A stretch of 64,000 bases of DNA, from assembly GCA_047921155.1 (NCBI GenBank), contig JBLRWU010000001.1, forward strand, positions 5,362 through 69,361, in the 5' to 3' direction. The notes below the pieces were generated by a model that saw only the letters and a program-made list of their open reading frames with translations, ran no database searches and was not told the origin of the DNA. Positions 8,883-17,930 of this stretch are shown piece after piece (positions within the stretch are counted from its first letter, which is position 1; the number at the start of each line of letters is the position of its first letter). The DNA comes from Desulfurivibrio sp. Its GTDB lineage: Bacteria > Desulfobacterota > Desulfobulbia > Desulfobulbales > Desulfurivibrionaceae. The position numbers and the translations under genes were made by a program.

Positions 8883-10706
8883 ATGATGAAGAGAGTGGAC
8901 CAGTTGCGCACCATGTCGATCTGTGTTGTGGATGAAGACCCCGCCAGGGGTGATCGGCTGCGCGCCTTACTGATGGATGAAGGTCGATTCGAGATGGTAA
9001 CCGGAGTCGACTCATCCGCGGCCCTGCGACTTCTTCTTCATCCCCCCAGTCCCTTTGACCCCCCCAAGATACTTCACCTGGTTCTGGTGAGCGAGTCCCT
9101 CCCCGAGGAAGCCGCCTTGGAACTGTGCGGTTTCCTTGATCAGGCCGGGATCGCCTCGGTACTAATGGTGGATTCCGACGGGCGCTGGCAGGAGGGCCGA
9201 GCCGGTGAGGCATTTGAAGCCGGGGCGGTGGATATCCTCCTTCGTCCCTGGTCCGACCCCGAAGTTGTTTCCCGGATATATCTGGCCCTGCGGTTGCAGC
9301 AGGAGCGGCTTGCCCGGCGCCAACGGGAGGTGCGTCTGGAAGAGGAGCTGGCGGAGCGGCGGGTGATGGAGGCGCGCTTGCAGTACCGGGCGACCAACGA
9401 TGAACTCACCGGCCTGGCAAACCGCAGCCAGCTTGAGGGGGCGCTGGAGCTGGCTTTGATCCGGGCCCAGAACTTTCAACGGCCCGGCGCTTTACTCTAC
9501 ATCGACCTGGACCAGTTCAAACTGGTGAATGATACCGAGGGGCATGAATCGGGTGATCGCCTGCTGGGGGAGATCGCCGCCCTTTTGCGGCGCAAGATGC
9601 AGCCTCGTCATCTGGTCGCCAGAATCGGCTCCGATGAGTTTGCCGTACTTCTTGAGCAGACTCCGCGTAACGCCGTGCTGGAACAGGCCGAAGAGTTGCG
9701 GGAGTTGTTCCACGGCCACTGTTTCACGGGACGCTTGGGCCGTTACCATCTGGGAGCAAGTGTCGGCGTGGCACTGCTGTCCCCAAATGAGCGGCTGGAG
9801 AGCGGGGAGCTGTTGGCCAGGGCTGATCAGGCCTGTCACGTTGCCAAAATCCGCGGCCGCAACCAGGTTCATTGCTACGATTCCGCTGACCCCGAGGTGC
9901 TTGGCCTGCAAAAGGACGCCGGCTGGGTTCCAATCTTGAGGGATGCTCTGCGGGAAGGTAGTTTCAGTTTGGTGTTTCAACCCATCGTTCGGGCCCAGGA
10001 CGGTACATGCAACCACTACGAGGCCTTGGTCCGGTTGGTGAAAGACGGCCGGCTGCATGGACCGGCAGAGTTTATCCCCGCGGCGGAACGGGTGGGACTG
10101 ATCCACCAGATCGATCTCTGGGTAGTGGAGGCGGCCATGGACCGCTTGGCGGCTCAGCCTCCCGCCGAAAACCCCGTCTCCCTCAGCATCAACCTCTCCA
10201 CCCATGCCTTTCGCAATCCTGACCTGATGCCCCTGCTGGAGCGCAAGCTGGAGATGACCGGCCTCTCCCCCCGTCGGCTGATGTTTGAAATCACCGAGAC
10301 CTCGGCGGTGACCCAACTGGCCCAGACCCGTAAGCTGGTTGAGCGGATGCGGGCCATCGGCTGTCGTTTCGCCCTGGATGATTTCGGTTCCGGCTTCTCC
10401 ACCTTCAGCTATTTGAAGCATTTCCCCGTGGATCTGTTGAAAATAGACGGGGGATTCGTGGTCAACATGCTTAATGATGAAACCGACGAGCTGCTGGTAC
10501 GTTCGATGGTGGGCCTTGCCCACAGCCTGGGCAAACCGGTGGTCGCCGAATTCGTGGAAAATGAGGCCACCGCCCAGCGCTTGCGCGAAATAGGCGCTGA
10601 CTATCTGCAGGGATACCACCTCGGCAAACCGCAGCCCCGCTTCGAATCGGAACCGGCAATGGATCTTCCCGCGCCATCGCCCGCCGCCACCAAGCTTGGG
10701 ACCTAG
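8883..10706 (+). CDS. Atypical receiver-GGDEF-EAL c-di-GMP signalling protein
   Basis: Receiver-like N-terminus, DELTGLANR, DLDQFKLVND, RIGSDEF, YEALVR, DDFGSGFS, LKIDG, QGY. Confidence 0.9.
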   Translation: MMKRVDQLRTMSICVVDEDPARGDRLRALLMDEGRFEMVTGVDSSAALRLLLHPPSPFDPPKILHLVLVSESLPEEAALELCGFLDQAGIASVLMVDSDGRWQEGRAGEAFEAGAVDILLRPWSDPEVVSRIYLALRLQQERLARRQREVRLEEELAERRVMEARLQYRATNDELTGLANRSQLEGALELALIRAQNFQRPGALLYIDLDQFKLVNDTEGHESGDRLLGEIAALLRRKMQPRHLVARIGSDEFAVLLEQTPRNAVLEQAEELRELFHGHCFTGRLGRYHLGASVGVALLSPNERLESGELLARADQACHVAKIRGRNQVHCYDSADPEVLGLQKDAGWVPILRDALREGSFSLVFQPIVRAQDGTCNHYEALVRLVKDGRLHGPAEFIPAAERVGLIHQIDLWVVEAAMDRLAAQPPAENPVSLSINLSTHAFRNPDLMPLLERKLEMTGLSPRRLMFEITETSAVTQLAQTRKLVERMRAIGCRFALDDFGSGFSTFSYLKHFPVDLLKIDGGFVVNMLNDETDELLVRSMVGLAHSLGKPVVAEFVENEATAQRLREIGADYLQGYHLGKPQPRFESEPAMDLPAPSPAATKLGT

Positions 10707-10715
10707 GCCGGCCCG

Positions 10716-11591
10716 ATGGCTTATCCCCTGCCGCTAGCTACCGAAGCTTCATCTTACCCCGCGCCGTTCTCCCCCCATGATCTGTTGCGGGGAGAGGTGG
10801 TCCTTGCCTCCCCCCCCACTCTCTACCATGAACTAAACCGGGTGCTGGAAACCTCCGGCCGAACCGCCAAGGACGCCGCTGCGGTTATTGAAAGGGATCC
10901 GGCCCTTACCGCCCGTTTGCTGGCCCTGGTGAACAGCTCATTTTTCGGACTTTCCCGCCAGGTAGCCACCGTGGCCCACGCCATCACCATGGTGGGGTTG
11001 CGTGAACTGCGGCACCTGGTCCTGGCCACGGTGGTGCTGGAGCGATTTCGCGGCCTGAACAATGAACTGGAGGATATGGGTACGTTCTGGCGTCAAAGTC
11101 TCGCCTGCGCCCTGCTCAGTCGCCGGCTGGGGGACGGAGCCGGGGGAGTGAAAGAGGCGGAGGTACTCTTTACCGCCGGCCTGCTCCATCGCATCGGCGA
11201 CCTTATCATCTTCCGCCGGGTACCGGAACTGGCCCGGGAAGCCCTTTTTCGCCGGCTTGGTAACGATATGCCCTTGTGGGAGGCGGAACGAAGTGTGTTG
11301 GGGTTCGACTATGGCGATGTCGGAGCCGAGCTTGCCGAGTTGTGGAAATTCCCCTCGGTGCTGGTCGAATTGCTGGCTTATCAGCAGCGGCCGGAAAATG
11401 CGGTTCGCCATCCCCGGCTTTGTGCGCTGCTTCATCTGGCGGTTAACACGGCCCATGATGAGGTTCCGCCACCTGCTGCCGCTCCCTGCTGGCGGTTGGC
11501 CGGAATTGTTCCGAAAACCCTGGCCGGGTTTCAGGCGGAAACCCTGAAGCAGGTCACCGAGGCCGCGAAGGCTTACGGTTTGCCCTCATAA
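10716..11591 (+). CDS. HDOD domain protein
   Basis: DPALTARLLALVNSSFFG, AITMVG, FWRQSL, AGLLHRIG, ERSVLGFDY...GAELAELWKFP. Confidence 0.9.
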   Translation: MAYPLPLATEASSYPAPFSPHDLLRGEVVLASPPTLYHELNRVLETSGRTAKDAAAVIERDPALTARLLALVNSSFFGLSRQVATVAHAITMVGLRELRHLVLATVVLERFRGLNNELEDMGTFWRQSLACALLSRRLGDGAGGVKEAEVLFTAGLLHRIGDLIIFRRVPELAREALFRRLGNDMPLWEAERSVLGFDYGDVGAELAELWKFPSVLVELLAYQQRPENAVRHPRLCALLHLAVNTAHDEVPPPAAAPCWRLAGIVPKTLAGFQAETLKQVTEAAKAYGLPS

Positions 11592-11605
11592 CCGGTTTTT
11601 TCAGC

Positions 11606-11644
11606 AAAAAACCCCGCTCCGGAGAATCCCGGAGCGGGGTTTAG
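11606..11644. terminator. Bidirectional intrinsic terminator between the HDOD gene and ppaC
   Basis: AAAACCCCGCTCCGG-agaatc-CCGGAGCGGGGTTTT between convergent genes. Confidence 0.85.
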
Positions 11645-11697
11645 CTTATAACTGCTATTCGACAAGGCCGGAGCACTCGCCGAAACTTACTATTAGA

Positions 11698-12621
11698 TTA
11701 AGCGCCGAAGGCTTTCTGCAGGGGCGGTACAGTCTGCTTCTTGCGGCTCATCATGCCGTCCACCCACATGGTGTTGTTGTTGAGCTTGCCGTTGAACGCC
11801 TTCTCGATAACCGCCGGCTCATCGGACAGCACCAGCAACTCGGAACCCTCTTTGACCACGTCGGTGAGCATCATGATGATCGAGTGCCGACCCTCGGCCT
11901 TGACCCCCTCCAGGCCTTTGACCAGATCGGCCCGCATCGGCGCCACCTGATCCAGGGTGGCCAGTTCGAGCTGGCAGATGCCTACCTTTTTGCCACCCAT
12001 ATCGAAATCCTTGTAGTCGCGGAAGATCAGGTCTTTGATCGGTACCCCGTCCACGGCGGACTTGGCCTTGAGCATCTCCATGAACAACCCGTCGGTATCG
12101 CTGACCCCGGCCGTAGCGGTGAGGGCCTTAACGGCAGCCTTGTCCTCGTCGGTGCAGGTGGGCGATTTGAAATTGACGGTGTCGCTCAGAATGGCGCAGA
12201 GCATGGCGCCGGCGATATTCTTGGGCAGTTCGACGTTGTTGTTCTTGTACATCTCGTGGAGCACGGTGCAGGTGCAGCCCACCGGCTTGGCGTAGAAGAA
12301 GATCGGGCCCCCGGTGGTGATGTCGCCGATCTTGTGATGATCAACAATGGCTACCACGTTGGCGTCTTTGATGTTGGCCGGGGCCTGGGCGATATCGCTG
12401 AAGTCAACCAGGGCCACATCCTTGCCGGCGGCATCGGTGAAGGCGGCCGGCTGGGGCAGACCAAACTTCTCGAGTACCAGCTTGCTTTCGGGGTTAAGTT
12501 CGGCGGACTGAACAACGGGCACCGCATCGGTACCGGTGGCCTTCAGGTAGTGGGCAAAGGCAATGGCGCCGGCAACGGAATCGGTATCGGGACTGGAATG
12601 ACCTACGACATACACTGACAT
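11698..12621 (-). CDS. ppaC: Manganese-dependent (family II) inorganic pyrophosphatase
   Basis: GHxxPDTDS, VDHH (DHH), ILSDT, DYKDF, MSRKKQ. Confidence 0.95.
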   Translation of the reverse strand: MSVYVVGHSSPDTDSVAGAIAFAHYLKATGTDAVPVVQSAELNPESKLVLEKFGLPQPAAFTDAAGKDVALVDFSDIAQAPANIKDANVVAIVDHHKIGDITTGGPIFFYAKPVGCTCTVLHEMYKNNNVELPKNIAGAMLCAILSDTVNFKSPTCTDEDKAAVKALTATAGVSDTDGLFMEMLKAKSAVDGVPIKDLIFRDYKDFDMGGKKVGICQLELATLDQVAPMRADLVKGLEGVKAEGRHSIIMMLTDVVKEGSELLVLSDEPAVIEKAFNGKLNNNTMWVDGMMSRKKQTVPPLQKAFGA

Positions 12622-12689
12622 GGTTACTTCCTCCTTGGGCTGGGGTGAAATATGGTTAACAAACAGATACAGGGCAGCAAAATTGCTGC

Positions 12690-12718
12690 AGAATAGTGGT
12701 ATTGCCGGACCCAGTCAA
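12690..12718 (-). promoter_or_regulatory. Sigma-70-type promoter of ppaC
   Basis: TTGACT-17 bp-TATTCT on the minus strand. Confidence 0.6.
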
Positions 12719-12795
12719 GGGAAAATATCACCTTACTGTTGCGGGTCGGCAGTAAAAAATAAACACCCTGTTTCCCCGATTTTTAATTTTTCTTC

Positions 12796-12824
12796 TTGCC
12801 TTTGAAAAAATGGCATGGTAGAAA
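12796..12824 (+). promoter_or_regulatory. Sigma-70-type promoter upstream of the csp leader
   Basis: TTGCCT-17 bp-TAGAAA with a TG extension, preceded by an AT-rich UP-like tract. Confidence 0.45.
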
Positions 12825-12893
12825 GATTAAGTGTTTTTATAACGCCGTAGGAGTGTCGTACTTATTTGTGATTGAATAGATTGCGAAGAAGCG

Positions 12894-12930
12894 AACCGCA
12901 CGGGCCTGAATTCTCTGTGCGGTTTTTTTT
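12894..12930 (+). terminator. Terminator-like hairpin inside the csp 5' leader
   Basis: AACCGCACGGG...TCTGTGCGGTT ending in a T8 run. Confidence 0.6.
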
Positions 12931-13029
12931 GTACACCCACTCAAACGGCAAGCCGTACTCCCGTCGGGAGTATGGTGAACTTATCAAGTGGTCCCGAACG
13001 GGACCGCGTCCAGCAAGGAGTAGCAGATC

Positions 13030-13230
13030 ATGGCAGAAGGTACAGTGAAGTGGTTCAACGACGCAAAGGGTTATGGCTTCATCGCTCAGGATGGCGGCAG
13101 TGACGTATTCGTACATCATTCCGCGATTGAGGGCCAGGGCTTTAAGTCCCTGCAAGAGGGAGCACGGGTCGAGTTCGAGATCGTGGACGGTCCCAAGGGT
13201 CCGGCGGCCGGCAACGTTCGTCAGCTCTAA
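13030..13230 (+). CDS. Cold-shock protein (CspA family)
   Basis: GTVKWFN, KGYGFI (RNP1), DVFVHHSAI (RNP2), GPKGP; AGGAG RBS. Confidence 0.97.
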   Translation: MAEGTVKWFNDAKGYGFIAQDGGSDVFVHHSAIEGQGFKSLQEGARVEFEIVDGPKGPAAGNVRQL

Positions 13231-13250
13231 AAAACAGCTTTGAATCACCC

Positions 13251-13288
13251 AAAGCCCCGCGCCTTAATTGGCGCGGGGCTTTTTTTTT
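13251..13288 (+). terminator. Intrinsic terminator after csp
   Basis: AAAGCCCCGCGCC-ttaatt-GGCGCGGGGCTTTTTTTTT. Confidence 0.9.
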
Positions 13289-13370
13289 GCTTGTATAATC
13301 CCCCGCCGTGTTCTAGTTTTCCCAATTCACCTGCCTCAAAATCCTCTTACCGCTCGGGAGGTTTCACGAG

Positions 13371-14654
13371 ATGAAAGTAAACAAGGCCGATTTCGCGCAA
13401 GCATTGGCGGTGGGTCGCCCCCCCAACATCAGCAAACTTTTCCCCAACTCCCGGGCCCTGATCGTCAGCGGCAAGGTGATCGACCGGGCGATGCTGCTCA
13501 AGGGCCGCTGCATGACCATCGCAGCCAACGCCCGCAACGGCTTCATCATTCGCGGAGCCCTTAAGGCCGCCCAACGGGCCGACGCAGCCCTGATCATCGA
13601 AATCGCCCGTTCCGAGGGTGGGGCCAAGGCCTATTGTCCGATCAATTACTGGAACATGGCAACCATGGTGGATGCGGCCATGAACGAGCTGGGGATCACC
13701 ATCCCGGTGGCGATCCACGCCGACCACTACGGCATCAAGCAAGAGCGCGATCTTGATTTTGCCAAGGTGGAGATTCCGACCCTTTTCGAAGCCGGAATAA
13801 CCTCGATTGCCATCGACGCTTCCCACCTGCCCGACGAAAAAAACCTGCTGACCAACCTCTCCCTGAGCCAGTTGGTGCCGGCCTGGGCCGGATACGAGAC
13901 CGAGGTCGGAGAGATCAAGGGCACCAGCGGGCTCTCCACCCCCGACGAGGCGCTGTTTCTGATCCAGGGCCTCAATGCCCATGGGATTTTCCCCGACTGG
14001 ATCGCCCTTAACAACGGCACCACCCACGGGATTGAGGCCAGCGACGCCGGGATCGATGTGGAGCTGACCCGCACGATCCATGATCAACTCTCTCCCTACC
14101 GGATCTCCGGAGCCCAGCACGGCACCTCGGGCAACAGTTCCGACCGGCTGCGGGCCATCGCCGAAACGACCCGAACCACCAAGGCCAACGTCGCCACCGC
14201 TCTGCAGATGGTCTCCTGGGGGGTGGAGGTCAACGACTACGGTAACGCCCGGCTGGATGAACAGGGACGCTTTATCAAGCTGAAAAACGAAGGAGTCAGT
14301 GAAGCGCTGTGGGAGGAGATGGTGGCCTTCGCCACCGAAAAGGGTTGGAGTGCGGGTAACTACAAGAACCTCAATCTGCCCTTTGAGAACCGGCTGCTGG
14401 GCCAGCCCCGGGCGATACGGGACCGGATGGTCAAGCGGGTGGAGGATTTTGTTTACCGGCTGCTGACCGAGGTGTTCAATGCCGAAGGCACCGCCACCCT
14501 GGCGGTGGAGGCGATCTTGAGTAAGGGGGGGTATAATCTTGGCCCCAAGGCCGAACGGTTGGAAGACCCGGCCCAATGGAGCGGGGAGAGGATCGCCGCC
14601 CGCGCCGCCACTCTTGATAGCGACAAGGGTCCGGCAGGCGACTTCGACGACTGA
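13371..14654 (+). CDS. fba: Class II fructose-bisphosphate aldolase (long form)
   Basis: HADHY, IDASHLP, ETEVGEI, NNGTTHG, QHGTSG, KANVAT metal and substrate motifs. Confidence 0.88.
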   Translation: MKVNKADFAQALAVGRPPNISKLFPNSRALIVSGKVIDRAMLLKGRCMTIAANARNGFIIRGALKAAQRADAALIIEIARSEGGAKAYCPINYWNMATMVDAAMNELGITIPVAIHADHYGIKQERDLDFAKVEIPTLFEAGITSIAIDASHLPDEKNLLTNLSLSQLVPAWAGYETEVGEIKGTSGLSTPDEALFLIQGLNAHGIFPDWIALNNGTTHGIEASDAGIDVELTRTIHDQLSPYRISGAQHGTSGNSSDRLRAIAETTRTTKANVATALQMVSWGVEVNDYGNARLDEQGRFIKLKNEGVSEALWEEMVAFATEKGWSAGNYKNLNLPFENRLLGQPRAIRDRMVKRVEDFVYRLLTEVFNAEGTATLAVEAILSKGGYNLGPKAERLEDPAQWSGERIAARAATLDSDKGPAGDFDD

Positions 14655-14753
14655 TCAGCCTTCAGCAGCACCGCATCATGGGGTGATCCACCTGCATGGC
14701 GTTGCTTCACGCCGTCCTGCTTGCCCAGCCGTACGGCGCTGCTGAATGGTTTC
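14654..14753. mobile_element. Degenerate copy (C) of the GTAA-terminus hairpin/MITE family
   Basis: TTCAGCAGCACCGCATC...GATC...CTTGCC...CGGCGCTGCTGAATGGTTTC aligns with the 15209 copy. Ends are decayed and the interior is shorter. Confidence 0.6.
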
Positions 14754-14768
14754 CCTCTTGCCTGCGGT

Positions 14769-15011
14769 TTACTTGCTTTCGGTTTTGCTGCCGCCCAAGT
14801 CCTTGACCTTGTCGACCTCTTCCTTGATGTCGTCCTTGAGCGACTTAATGTCACTGACTCCGCTCTCCTGCTCCACCTCGCGGACGCCCTTTTTAAAGGA
14901 GCTGATGGCTTTACCCAGACCCGAGCCGATCTCCGGCAACTTTTTGCCGCCGAAAACCAGGAAGGCGATAACAAGGATTACGATCAATTCCGGCATTCCC
15001 AAACCAAACAT
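14769..15011 (-). CDS. tatA: Sec-independent translocase subunit TatA/E
   Basis: [42 protein letters not shown]; AGGAGA RBS before ATG 15011. Confidence 0.95.
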   Translation of the reverse strand: MFGLGMPELIVILVIAFLVFGGKKLPEIGSGLGKAISSFKKGVREVEQESGVSDIKSLKDDIKEEVDKVKDLGGSKTESK

Positions 15012-15208
15012 GGCATCTCTCCTTAGCTTGTAGCTCAATGGACCGGTACGGAAGGTGGTTGCCATCCGCAATCGGGAACCGTACCACTCTTTTTACCTTA
15101 TATCGAAATGAAATCAAACCTTCTTTCTCGTCTCCCGCTAAAAGCGTCGTCACCCCGCCCTTACCTGCTTTTCCCTTGCCCGGTTGGGCCGGCAAGATTA
15201 GAATCTCC

Positions 15209-15316
15209 GTAACCGTTCAGCAGCACCCCATCTTCGGGCGATCAGCCAAGCTTACGTACACGGGGTACGCGACACTTGGCTGCTTACCCGAACCTGGGGC
15301 ACTGCTGAACGGTTAC
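15209..15316. mobile_element. MITE-like 108-bp element (copy A) with 15-bp terminal inverted repeats and an 8-bp target-site duplication
   Basis: GTAACCGTTCAGCAG...CTGCTGAACGGTTAC, flanked on both sides by GAATCTCC (15201-15208 and 15317-15324). Confidence 0.85.
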
Positions 15317-15365
15317 GAATCTCCGGACTAACCCTGAAACAGGAAAAATCGCCAAGGAACCAGCC

Positions 15366-16328
15366 ATGACTCAGCGACTCCATTATACCAGGCTCTTTTT
15401 GCTGCTGCTGTTCACCGTCGGGTTCTGGCTCGGACCGGTCGATCGAACCGAGGCCGCCGCCGATGATCATTTGCCTGCCAAGGAAGTGACGGTGGGGATC
15501 GCTCCCCTGGCCTATCTGGTCAAACGGATCGGCGGGGAGCGGGTCAACGTCGCCACCCTGATCCCGCCGGGCCAGGATCCCCACAGCTTTGAACCCCGCC
15601 CCGGCCAGATCTCAGGCCTGAGCCGATCCGATCTCTACTTCTCGCTGGATATGCCGTTTGAACGGACTTTGCTGACCAGGATCCCCGCCGACACCGGCCC
15701 GCGGTTAATCGCGGTCGACCGCGGCATCGCCAAACTGGCCATGGCCGAACATCACCATGGTCATGCAGCCGGGGACAGCGAGGCCGCTTCCCATGCCCAC
15801 GGTGAGCCTGACCCTCATATCTGGCTGGGCCCCCGGCAACTGCTGATCATCTCCGCCCATATCGTGACCGGGCTGGCCGAGCTGGATCCGCCCCATGCCG
15901 CCACCTACCTCGAAAACTACGAACAACTGAAGAGCGAGATCGAAGAGCTCCACGATCGGCTCAGCCAACTGCTGGCTCCCCTGGCCGGGCGAACCTTTTA
16001 CGTCTATCACCCCGCCTTCGGTTATTTCGCCGACAGCTATGGTCTCCGCCAGCATGCGGTGGAGACCGGCGGCAAAACCCCGACTCCGCGCCAGTTGATC
16101 AACCTGATCCAACAAGCCAACCATGACGGGGTGCGGGTAATCTTCGTACAGCCTCAGTTCGATCGCAAGAGCGCCGCCGCCGTGGCCCGCGCCATCAATG
16201 GCGTGGTGGTTCCCCTCGATCCCCTGGCCGCAGATATTCTCGCCAACCTGGCCGGGATGGCCGCCCGCATCCATGAAGCACTGGGCGACGAAAAGGGGCC
16301 GCAGAGCGGCGGCAACCGGCAACCATGA
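15366..16328 (+). CDS. znuA: Zn/Mn ABC transporter substrate-binding protein
   Basis: DPHSFEP, His-rich loop, DPHIWL, HPAFGYF. Zn specificity is inferred from the His-rich loop. Confidence 0.88.
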   Translation: MTQRLHYTRLFLLLLFTVGFWLGPVDRTEAAADDHLPAKEVTVGIAPLAYLVKRIGGERVNVATLIPPGQDPHSFEPRPGQISGLSRSDLYFSLDMPFERTLLTRIPADTGPRLIAVDRGIAKLAMAEHHHGHAAGDSEAASHAHGEPDPHIWLGPRQLLIISAHIVTGLAELDPPHAATYLENYEQLKSEIEELHDRLSQLLAPLAGRTFYVYHPAFGYFADSYGLRQHAVETGGKTPTPRQLINLIQQANHDGVRVIFVQPQFDRKSAAAVARAINGVVVPLDPLAADILANLAGMAARIHEALGDEKGPQSGGNRQP

Positions 16329-17092
16329 TCACCACCGATGAACCCGCCGTCCTGATTCGCGACCTCTCCTTTGCCTATGATCGTACGCCGATTCTGGAGG
16401 AGGTGAATCTTCGCATCGAGGCGTTGGATTCACTCTGCATCGTGGGCCCCAACGGGGGCGGCAAGACCACCCTGCTGAAACTGATCCTCGGCCTGCTGGA
16501 GCCGGACCGGGGCCAGGTTCTGGTGCGGGGACGCCAACCGGAGGAGATGCGCCTGCATCTGGGTTACGTTCCCCAGTACTCCCACTACGACCCCCTCTTT
16601 CCGGTGACGGTGCTGGACGTGGTCCTGATGGGCCGCCTGGGCCGCTCTTTTTGCAGTTTTTACCGGGCCGACGCCCGGCGGGCCGCCCGAGACTCCCTGG
16701 CCCTGGTGGGGCTGGGGCATCTGGAAAACCGGCTTTTTTCCGCGATCTCCGGCGGCCAGCGCCAACGGGTGCTGATCGCCCGGGCCCTGGCCTGCGAGGC
16801 TGAGATCCTGCTGCTGGACGAGCCCACCGCCAATATCGACATGGAGACGGAAAACCAGCTCTTCAACCTGCTGCGGGAGTTGAACCGGACCCGGACCATC
16901 GTGGTGGTCACCCATGACGTGGGTTTTGCCTCCAGTTTTTTCAAGCGGATCGCCTGTGTCAACCGCCGGGTGGCCACCCACCCGGTGGCCGAACTGGATG
17001 GCCGAATGATCCAGGAACTGTACGGCGGCGACGTGGCCCTGATCCGCCACGATCACCATTGCGCCACCAGCGGGGAGGGTTGTGGTGTTTGA
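16325..17092 (+). CDS. znuC: Metal ABC transporter ATP-binding protein
   Basis: GPNGGGKTT, SGGQRQR, LDEPT, His-rich C-terminus. Confidence 0.88.
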   Translation: MITTDEPAVLIRDLSFAYDRTPILEEVNLRIEALDSLCIVGPNGGGKTTLLKLILGLLEPDRGQVLVRGRQPEEMRLHLGYVPQYSHYDPLFPVTVLDVVLMGRLGRSFCSFYRADARRAARDSLALVGLGHLENRLFSAISGGQRQRVLIARALACEAEILLLDEPTANIDMETENQLFNLLRELNRTRTIVVVTHDVGFASSFFKRIACVNRRVATHPVAELDGRMIQELYGGDVALIRHDHHCATSGEGCGV

Positions 17093-17930
17093 GTTTATCG
17101 AGGCCCTGCGCCATCCCGACATTCCCTTCTTCCGTTACGCCTTCCTGGTCGGGGCCCTGGCCTCCATCTCCTTCGGGGTGGTGGGGACCTATGTGGTGGC
17201 CCGGCGGATCAGCTACCTGGCCGGGGCCATTGCCCACTGCGTGCTGGGGGGGATCGGGGCCGGGCTCTACCTGCGGCATAAGGTGGGGATTGCCTGGTTC
17301 GACCCGATCTACGGGGCGATCATCGCCGCCCTGCTGGCCGCCCTGATCATCGGCCTGGTCAGTATCCACGCCAAACAGCGGGAGGACACGGTGATCGGAG
17401 CGCTCTGGGCCACCGGCATGGCCATCGGCCTGCTCTTCATCGCCAAAACCCCGGGCTACGTCGAACCGATGAGCTATCTCTTCGGTAATATCCTGCTGAT
17501 CTCGCAAACCGATCTCTGGCTGGTGATCGGCCTGGATCTGCTGGTGGTGGGAATTGTAATGCTCTGCTACAACCAGTTGCTGGCGGTGAGTTTCGACGAG
17601 GAGTTCGCCCGACTGCGGGGCCTGAATACCGAACTCTATACCCTGCTGCTGCTGCTGCTGACCGCTCTGACCGTGGTGCTGCTGGTGCGGGTGGTGGGAA
17701 TCGTGATGGTGATCGCGCTGTTAACCCTGCCCGCCGCGGTGGCCGGCACCTTCGCCCGCACCCTCTGGCAGATGATGCTGGGAGCAACCCTCTGCTGCCT
17801 GCTCTTTGTCACCTTCGGCCTGGCCCTGAGCTTCAACCACGATCTGCCCAGCGGCCCGGTCATTATCCTGGTGGCGGCCCTGGCCTATCTTGCGGCCCTG
17901 ACCGGCAAAAAGATCAGCCGAATGGGCTGA
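17082..17930 (+). CDS. znuB: Metal ABC transporter permease
   Basis: AIAHCVLGG, YLFGNIL, SFDEEFA, PSGPVI. Confidence 0.88.
   Translation: MVFEFIEALRHPDIPFFRYAFLVGALASISFGVVGTYVVARRISYLAGAIAHCVLGGIGAGLYLRHKVGIAWFDPIYGAIIAALLAALIIGLVSIHAKQREDTVIGALWATGMAIGLLFIAKTPGYVEPMSYLFGNILLISQTDLWLVIGLDLLVVGIVMLCYNQLLAVSFDEEFARLRGLNTELYTLLLLLLTALTVVLLVRVVGIVMVIALLTLPAAVAGTFARTLWQMMLGATLCCLLFVTFGLALSFNHDLPSGPVIILVAALAYLAALTGKKISRMG

Noticed and set aside
14654-14753. Long hairpin considered as SRP (4.5S) RNA
   Set aside because: It lacks the conserved CAGG-GGAA-AGCA domain IV motif and aligns with the MITE-like family instead.
15090-15365. Zur/Fur box upstream of znuA
   Set aside because: Only a partial GAAATGAAATCA is present; there is no convincing palindrome.
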